Source of the DNA: an uncultured virus (IMG/VR IMGVR_UViG_3300035701_006463)
Taxonomy: Duplodnaviria > Heunggongvirae > Uroviricota > Caudoviricetes
Length of the DNA: 63,132 nucleotides
Virus record (IMG/VR): IMGVR_UViG_3300035701_006463
Direction: 5' to 3' (one strand)
Shown here: positions 56,348 through 63,132 of the stretch, one piece after another
Layout of the letters: the number at the start of each line of letters is the position of its first letter
Position numbering within the stretch: position 1 is the first letter of the stretch
Notes under the pieces: model-generated
Told to the model about the DNA's origin: nothing
Databases searched by the model: none
Seen by the model: the letters and a program-made list of their open reading frames with translations, nothing else
Position numbers and translations under genes: made by a program

Positions 56348-57115
56348 ATGGACGAAGTTATTACTTGTTTCTTTTGTGGTGGACCTATAACAGAAATGAG
56401 TGGGCGGGGCACCAAGTCGATTTGTAGACACCACATTTCGTATACACCAGAAGTAATAGTGCCTACCCATCATGGTTGTCACGCTTCTGATAAATTCAAG
56501 GGAAAACCAAAAACAAAGCACGTGCCCACGGCTAAGGAACTATTTATAAAGTCACTTGGTGATACGGTGGTATGTTACTTCTGTGGTGAGCTAATTACTA
56601 GAAGGAATGGGCGGAAAAAAGACTCTCTTACTATTCATCACATCAACGGAAACGATAAGGATAATCAATTTGAGAACCTTACACCTGTTCACCGTGGTTG
56701 TCATCAATCACATCATAGTAAGGGTACCAAAATGGGAGACGATAATCCATCTAAACGTCCTGAAGTTCGGAAGAAAAAGAGTAAGGCAATGGGTGAAGGT
56801 GGTGGTGCACGTAGAACTTGGGAGGAGCGAAAACGGAGATATGGAGATATGGGCGTTAAAGACCCAGAGTTGTTTAGAGAAACACAAAAAATGGTGAATA
56901 ATGATCCCAAGAAGTTGGAAATAGGGTGGAATACCCGCCGTGAACGCTACGGTCCCAGTGGTGGAAATGATAAAAAAAGTGGTGATCCTGAAAATGAATG
57001 GGCACAGAAAATGTGGAAGACCCGTCGGGAAAAGTATGGTCCTAATGGACTCCCGAAAGTGAATGGACGTAGAAAATATATAAGAAAAATTGGCAAAGAC
57101 AACCTGAATATGTGA
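56348..57115 (+). CDS. HNH homing-endonuclease-like protein, paralogue of 37816-38724
   Basis: CFFCG/CYFCG units, HHINGNDKDN..ENL..VHRGCH, GDDNPSKRPEV, RRExYGP repeats. Confidence 0.78.
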   Translation: MDEVITCFFCGGPITEMSGRGTKSICRHHISYTPEVIVPTHHGCHASDKFKGKPKTKHVPTAKELFIKSLGDTVVCYFCGELITRRNGRKKDSLTIHHINGNDKDNQFENLTPVHRGCHQSHHSKGTKMGDDNPSKRPEVRKKKSKAMGEGGGARRTWEERKRRYGDMGVKDPELFRETQKMVNNDPKKLEIGWNTRRERYGPSGGNDKKSGDPENEWAQKMWKTRREKYGPNGLPKVNGRRKYIRKIGKDNLNM

Positions 57116-57134
57116 GGGCTAGCTGGTCTATGTG

Positions 57135-60100
57135 ATGAGTTGGGGACGCGGTAGTAAGAAGGTTCTTGTGGTCTTCCTACTCGTATGTCTCCTTCTCCCC
57201 AGTTTAAATGTCTTCGCGGACCAGTGGGCGAATCCCGAGGCACCTGAGTACATGCTTGCGGGAGCTGGAGTTAGTGAGTTGGGTCTTACTGGTGACTTTG
57301 GTTATGTACCCCTCAGTCATGAGCGCGTACCTTCACGTAACCACGCCACCAATATGAGTTCGATTAGCTTCGATGGAGCTAACTACATTTACTCTACTCC
57401 TTACGGGTCTTATACTTGGCTTCAGCCCGGTAATATCCTGAAATTCGTGAACCATTACGGTGAGGAGGTGGTGTCGAAGAGCGTCTACGTTTTACAGTAT
57501 TTATCGGGGCAAACTTGGCTTCCGTTGATTGACTTCACGGGCGTGGCTTCTCCTATCCATAACTCGACTTTTTACAGGCTGATGTATAGTGTCATGGATA
57601 AGAAGAAGGTGGTGGGGAGCGTTGTCATCGACTTTGACAGCTCAGATCCGTCGAAGCCTCCGAAGGTAAGCGTCTCCTTCACGAAGTCTGCTCTGTGGAA
57701 CCTGGGCGATTTCCGCTGGATCTGGGACGTGGTGCCAGCGCCGAATTACAGGTATTACATTAACGATGAGCTGACGACGAATGTGAACGCGACTTATCCT
57801 GACATAACGACGATGAGTACGCCTCAGAGCGTCGGGGCTAAGAGTAAGCTGTACCTTGGGAAGGATGCGACGCTGAACGCTGATGGTATGTGGCTGAGTG
57901 TGGGCACCGAGGACTATGGGGCGACGGAGCGTCAGGTTGGCCCAGAACCATTTTGGAATGGTAAAGGAACCGTAAGCATCTTCCCCATCAATGCGGCGAT
58001 AATTGACCCAGATATTGCCTATACTGAATACATTAATGGCTTCACTGCCCCTGGAGCAGACGGAGCGTGGGCTGACTATAATGTTACTTTGAATAAGGGG
58101 ATCCCGAAGGGATCTATATTAGAAGTGGCTCTCTGTCAAGGTGATGATAATGAAGAGAACCTTATGGGTGTTCGCACTGACGGAAGTGCTTTGAACCGTT
58201 ATATCCTGATCCATGAGGCTGAGAGTGGTGGTGAAGTCGTCTACACGATGCCCGTTAAGGTCCACGTTACAACAGGTATCATTGAGGTGTATCATCAAGA
58301 TGTCAGTGATCTCCACGCTTTTCGGATTCTAGGCTACTTCACGAACTGCGACTTCACAGAAGAATTTTCCGAAAGTTCAGGAACAGAGTCTCCTTCTGGT
58401 TGGCATGACCTTGATTTAGGAACAGATAATAATAAGGTTCATAGTATTTTAGCGTCGAATGATAACGAAGCAGGAACTTATGTTGGTGTCAGAACCGATA
58501 ATTCATTGATTGATCGAAAATTTGGCATACATGAGGCTGAGAGTGGCGGAGTTAGTGCTGTATCATTTTACGTAAAAAGCAGTAGTTCGGATATTATTGA
58601 TATCTGGAGATATACTTTAACATCGCTTACATATACTGATCTTGGTTTTTTTGATTCTTCTGTTGACTTCGTTGAGGGCTGGACTCAGATTAATCAACCC
58701 GCTGAGGGCACTTGGCAAACCGCTGACCTAACCGCTTATATGGATCAGGATGGCAGGATCGTTAATTTTATCCTTGCTCATGGTACTGCCGCGGCTGAGA
58801 AGTATTTGGGTGTTCGCACCCCAAACGCATTGGCTCGTTACATTCTAGTCCATGAATCTGAGGATGCAACAAACACTGATAATCAGGAATATAATGGTTA
58901 CACAGCATCAGTTCTCACGAGCGCAACGGGGACTGTTCAACTCTACGCTGGAGAAGATACGACCGACTACTTCTGGTTAGCGGGCTACTTCAAACCCGCT
59001 TATACACCTGTGACGGTTACCCAGACTTTCCAATCGTGTGAGACCGTCGGAACAGTGGTGACTATTTGGACCGTGGTTCAGATAATAATTGACCCCACCA
59101 CAACCGTCACGGCGACCAGTAGCGCATACACGACAGCGACCTGCGTGACTCTACCAACCTCAACGACTACATGCACAACTGCGACATGTGTAACGTCTAT
59201 TGTGACTAGCTCCACATGCACAACCGTCTGTGGCACTTCTATTGTGACTAGCTCTACGTCTACAACAATATGTGGTACATCTGTATATTCTTCTACCTCT
59301 AGCACCACTACATGTGCATCTTCTGTATATTCCTCAACTTCATCAACTACAACCTGCGACACCTCAGTGAAGTCCTCAACTTCCAGCACAACTACTTGCG
59401 CTTCTTCAGTATTCTCTTCAACATCATCAACCACGATATGTGATACATCTGTGAAATCCTCAACATCGAGTACAACATTCTGTGAAACCTCAATAAACTC
59501 CTCTACAGAAACTATTACAAGTTGTGACACCTCAATAGTCTCCTCTACAGAGACAACAACCGTATGTGATACCTCTATAGTATCCTCCACCTCCACTGAA
59601 TGTGAAACGACCAGCCGCACAGATGTGACCTCCACCAGCACGATGTGTTCGACCACTACGACATGTGCAAGCACATATACGGAAACAACCAAAACGGAAT
59701 GTACCACAACTACAGAGACCACAGAGGTTGAGTGCACAACTACGACAGAGACAACGGAAGTTGAATGTACGACCACTACAGAGACAACTGAAGTAGAGTG
59801 TACTACCACAACTGAAACAACTGAAGTTCAATGTACTACGACTACGGCCAATACCGTGGTGGAGACTACTACCACTACAGCAGAGACTGTTACGGAGACT
59901 ACTACCACCACGGATCTGACAGTAACTAAAACGTTCACGACGACAAATGAATGCCAGACCACGACATTTACGACCACCAACGAGTGTGTGACCGAGACCC
60001 TTACTGTGACAGACTCCACTAAAACGGAGACAACCACGACCACTGCTGAGACTGTAGTTGAGACGACTACGACGACGGCAGAAACTGTTATAGAGACGAC

Positions 60101-63100
60101 CACCACAACTGATGTGACGGTTACAAAGACATTTACGACAACTAATGAATGTCAAACGTCCACGTTCACAACCACTAATGAATGTCAAACGAGTACATTA
60201 ACGACAACTGAGACGACAGAAACAGAGTGTACAACTACCACGGAGATGACAGAAACGGAGTGTACGACTACCACTGAAACCACGGTTAGTAAATGTATCA
60301 CTACGACAATAACCACAAAATCGGAATGTATTACCACAACTATAACTACGGTTTCTGAATGCACAACTACCACCGAAACGACAAAAATAGAATGTACGAC
60401 CACAACAGTATCAACTATTGTGGAAACTACTACGACCACTGCCGAGACAGTAGTTGAGACTACAACAACTACTGATTCTACCGTAACAAAAACCTTCACC
60501 ACGACAAATGAGTGTCAGACATCCACATTAACAACTACTAATAGCTGTGAAACGGAAACCCTCACTGTTACAGATTCTACTAAGACGGAGACGACTACAA
60601 CAACGGCAGAAACTGTGGTAGAGACTACAACAACGACAGATGAAACTGTAGTTGAAACGACTACTACCACAGCGGAGACTATTGTAGAAACATTCACTAC
60701 GACTAATGAATGTCAGACTTCAACCTTTACCACTACTAATTCATGCGAAACTTCAACATTCACGACAACGATTGAGACTGAGAGTTCCACTCTTACGACG
60801 ACAGTAGAAACTCAAACAAGCACTCTCACTACAACTATAGCAACCGAGACAAGCACATTAACGACTACTGTAGCAACGGAGACTAGTACTCTTACAGTTA
60901 CGGAATCTACTGAGACTGAGACTCTTACGATTACAGATGACACCGAGACCAGGACATTTACCACCACGAATGTATGTCAAACTAGCACGTTTACAACGAC
61001 CGTTGCCACGGAGACTAGTACGCTCACAACGACTATTGCAACAGAAGTTAGTACATTGACCACCACCATAGCTACTGAGGAAAGTACTTTAACAACCACG
61101 ATTGAGACGGAGCAATGTACTTCCACAGAAACCATTGAGACAACTTGTATAACGACTATCTGTGACACCTCCGTAGTATCGTCCACCGAGACTACGACAA
61201 TATGTGATACCTCTATTGTTTCGTCTACGAAAACAACAACAGTTTGTGATACGTCAGTTGTGTCTTCTACCTCAACCGCCTGTGAAACAACAACGAGGAC
61301 TGATATTACTTCTACGGAGACTTTCTGTTCAACAACTACCTCAGTTTACACAACATGTACAACCACATGTGAGACCTCTGTGTATTCATCTACCTCTAGT
61401 ACTACTACATGTGATACCTCTATCCATTCATCTACGTCTAGCACAACCTTCTGTGAAACCTCTATTTATTCTTCCACATCGACGATTTGTGAAACTACGA
61501 CTAGGACCGATGTCACTTCGACACAGACGTCATGCTCAACTACAACCTCAGTTAATACCACATGTGAAACCGAAACAACCACAAAAACAGACTCTACTGA
61601 AACTACATGTGAAACTGTGACGGAAACTGAAGTAGAAACAACATGTAAAACAATTACTTTGACCCACACAACATCATGTGAAACCACGTGTGTGACATCC
61701 ATATACTCGTCGACGTTTAGTACAACGTTCTGTGAGACTTCTACATATTCCTCAACGTCCAGCACCACATTCTGTGAGACATCGACTGAGTCCTCTACAT
61801 CCACTGCCTGTGAGACAACAAGTATAACAATTGTAACATCTACTTCTACTCAATGCTCAACCATGACTAGCGTAACAACAAACTGTGAAACCACATGCTT
61901 GACTTTAAGTTCCATCACGACAAACTGTGAGACATCTTGTTTAACCAGTAGTTTCACGGACACCACTTGTACCACAATAAGTAGGACGGATGTAACCTCA
62001 ACCTCGACTATGTGCTCAACCACAACGTCTGTCACTACACAATGCGAAACAACTTGTAGAACGGATGTGACCTCTACGAGCACACAGTGTCTAACCACCA
62101 CATCAACATCGACTGAATGTGAAACTACTTCTCTCACAATTGTTACATCTACCAGTACAAAATGTGAGACTACTACGGGTACAGAGACCTTCTGTGAAAC
62201 AACAAGCAGGACCGATGTCACAAGCACCTCTACTAAATGCTCTACAACAACAAGCGAATCAACTGAGTGTGAGACTATTTCCACCACAATTGTCACTTCG
62301 ACCTCAACAGAATGTGAGACAACAACAGGCACGGAAACATACTGTGAAACCACCAGTAGGACAGACGTAACTAGCACATCGACTCAGTGTGAGACTACGA
62401 CTGGCACAGAAACATATTGTGAGACTACAAGTAGAACGGATGTTACTTCCACGAGTACCAAATGTTCAACAACAACCAGTGTATCTACTGAATGTGAAAC
62501 CACCACAAGAACAGACGTTACGTCTACACAGACCTCATGTAGCACAACGACGTCTGTTACAACGGGCTGTGAGACCACATGTTTAACTCTGAGCTCCATT
62601 ACAACGGGCTGTGAAACATCATGCTTAACTGAGAGTTATACAGATACCGCGTGTGAAACAACCTGTGTAACATCGATCTTCACGTCAGAATCGACCCAAT
62701 GTGTGACTCAAACAGTAACACACACCACATCCACAGAGACTACTTGTGAAACGAATACGGAGGCTGAAACCGAGACAACCTGTGAGACGACGACGTTAAC
62801 TCATATAACTTCTTGTGAAACTACATGCGAAACTATCACTGGTACCATAACTGAAACGACATCTGTGACGATGTGTACGACCTATACAGTTGTTGAGAAG
62901 GAATATAAGACAGAATATGAAACTGAGACTCTCACGATCACCGAAACAGTATGTGAAACTACTTGCTCGACAGTTACGTTGGGCTCAACCTCATGCTCCA
63001 CGGGAACGGAAACCTCTACGAGTGTGTCCACCAGTTGTTTGACAGCTTATCAAACTTCAACATCAACAACAGCTGTTGATACCCATACACTTAACGCGAC

Positions 63101-63132
63101 GTCCACATACACGGACTTCACCACTTGTTCCA
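57135..63132 (+). CDS. giant secreted protein (about 2000 aa in window, truncated) with Thr/Ser/Cys/Glu-rich repetitive region
   Basis: ATG 57135, signal peptide MSWGRGSKKVLVVFLLVCLLLPSLNVFA; same frame still reads TDFTTCS at the window end; absent from the ORF track, consistent with no stop codon. Confidence 0.85.
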   Translation, partial: MSWGRGSKKVLVVFLLVCLLLPSLNVFADQWANPEAPEYMLAGAGVSELGLTGDFGYVPLSHERVPSRNHATNMSSISFDGANYIYSTPYGSYTWLQPGNILKFVNHYGEEVVSKSVYVLQYLSGQTWLPLIDFTGVASPIHNSTFYRLMYSVMDKKKVVGSVVIDFDSSDPSKPPKVSVSFTKSALWNLGDFRWIWDVVPAPNYRYYINDELTTNVNATYPDITTMSTPQSVGAKSKLYLGKDATLNADGMWLSVGTEDYGATERQVGPEPFWNGKGTVSIFPINAAIIDPDIAYTEYINGFTAPGADGAWADYNVTLNKGIPKGSILEVALCQGDDNEENLMGVRTDGSALNRYILIHEAESGGEVVYTMPVKVHVTTGIIEVYHQDVSDLHAFRILGYFTNCDFTEEFSESSGTESPSGWHDLDLGTDNNKVHSILASNDNEAGTYVGVRTDNSLIDRKFGIHEAESGGVSAVSFYVKSSSSDIIDIWRYTLTSLTYTDLGFFDSSVDFVEGWTQINQPAEGTWQTADLTAYMDQDGRIVNFILAHGTAAAEKYLGVRTPNALARYILVHESEDATNTDNQEYNGYTASVLTSATGTVQLYAGEDTTDYFWLAGYFKPAYTPVTVTQTFQSCETVGTVVTIWTVVQIIIDPTTTVTATSSAYTTATCVTLPTSTTTCTTATCVTSIVTSSTCTTVCGTSIVTSSTSTTICGTSVYSSTSSTTTCASSVYSSTSSTTTCDTSVKSSTSSTTTCASSVFSSTSSTTICDTSVKSSTSSTTFCETSINSSTETITSCDTSIVSSTETTTVCDTSIVSSTSTECETTSRTDVTSTSTMCSTTTTCASTYTETTKTECTTTTETTEVECTTTTETTEVECTTTTETTEVECTTTTETTEVQCTTTTANTVVETTTTTAETVTETTTTTDLTVTKTFTTTNECQTTTFTTTNECVTETLTVTDSTKTETTTTTAETVVETTTTTAETVIETTTTTDVTVTKTFTTTNECQTSTFTTTNECQTSTLTTTETTETECTTTTEMTETECTTTTETTVSKCITTTITTKSECITTTITTVSECTTTTETTKIECTTTTVSTIVETTTTTAETVVETTTTTDSTVTKTFTTTNECQTSTLTTTNSCETETLTVTDSTKTETTTTTAETVVETTTTTDETVVETTTTTAETIVETFTTTNECQTSTFTTTNSCETSTFTTTIETESSTLTTTVETQTSTLTTTIATETSTLTTTVATETSTLTVTESTETETLTITDDTETRTFTTTNVCQTSTFTTTVATETSTLTTTIATEVSTLTTTIATEESTLTTTIETEQCTSTETIETTCITTICDTSVVSSTETTTICDTSIVSSTKTTTVCDTSVVSSTSTACETTTRTDITSTETFCSTTTSVYTTCTTTCETSVYSSTSSTTTCDTSIHSSTSSTTFCETSIYSSTSTICETTTRTDVTSTQTSCSTTTSVNTTCETETTTKTDSTETTCETVTETEVETTCKTITLTHTTSCETTCVTSIYSSTFSTTFCETSTYSSTSSTTFCETSTESSTSTACETTSITIVTSTSTQCSTMTSVTTNCETTCLTLSSITTNCETSCLTSSFTDTTCTTISRTDVTSTSTMCSTTTSVTTQCETTCRTDVTSTSTQCLTTTSTSTECETTSLTIVTSTSTKCETTTGTETFCETTSRTDVTSTSTKCSTTTSESTECETISTTIVTSTSTECETTTGTETYCETTSRTDVTSTSTQCETTTGTETYCETTSRTDVTSTSTKCSTTTSVSTECETTTRTDVTSTQTSCSTTTSVTTGCETTCLTLSSITTGCETSCLTESYTDTACETTCVTSIFTSESTQCVTQTVTHTTSTETTCETNTEAETETTCETTTLTHITSCETTCETITGTITETTSVTMCTTYTVVEKEYKTEYETETLTITETVCETTCSTVTLGSTSCSTGTETSTSVSTSCLTAYQTSTSTTAVDTHTLNATSTYTDFTTCS
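59005..63132 (+). repeat. low-complexity coding repeats (ECTTTTETTEV, ETTTTTAETVV, CETTSRTDVTSTST, CDTSxxSST)
   Basis: ACN-codon-rich sequence with imperfect amino-acid repeats and varied synonymous codons. Confidence 0.85.

Noticed and set aside
59078..62599. Val-rich minus-strand ORFs in the ORF track
   Set aside because: They are antisense shadows of the Thr-rich (ACN) + strand frame

Overview
This window looks like part of a large archaeal virus or provirus genome. It is gene-dense, almost entirely on the + strand, has overlapping stop/start codons, GGTGA/GGAGG ribosome-binding sites and TATA promoters, and shows no rRNA, tRNA or housekeeping operons. TFB, Elf1-like and fused PriS-PriL-type genes suggest a TACK-group host such as Bathyarchaeia (inference). 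Modules in order: (1) 0.1-15.4 kb, replication and DNA modification: a complete preQ0/7-deazaguanine set (queD, TGT/DpdA-like, queC, folE, queE) carrying two non-standard parts (a HAD domain fused to QueC and a SPASM/Twitch-type radical SAM gene), mixed with primase, a PolB with atypical active-site motifs, a C5 DNA methylase, an XPD-like helicase and an XPF nuclease. (2) 15.4-35.2 kb, dozens of small accessory ORFs punctuated by nine copies of a 24-25 bp promoter-like motif, including TFB and Elf1 homologues. (3) A minus-strand tyrosine recombinase with a lox/dif-like inverted repeat just upstream. (4) A membrane protein plus P-loop ATPase module, followed by a ~430-nt highly structured non-coding segment with its own promoter. 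(5) An array of translationally coupled Lys/Arg-rich microproteins. (6) Large secreted or membrane proteins, a glycosylation cassette (GT4, methyltransferase, PMT/GT39-like) and a ~2000-aa or longer Thr/Cys-rich protein that runs off the window end. All assignments come from reading motifs by eye; no database searches were run.
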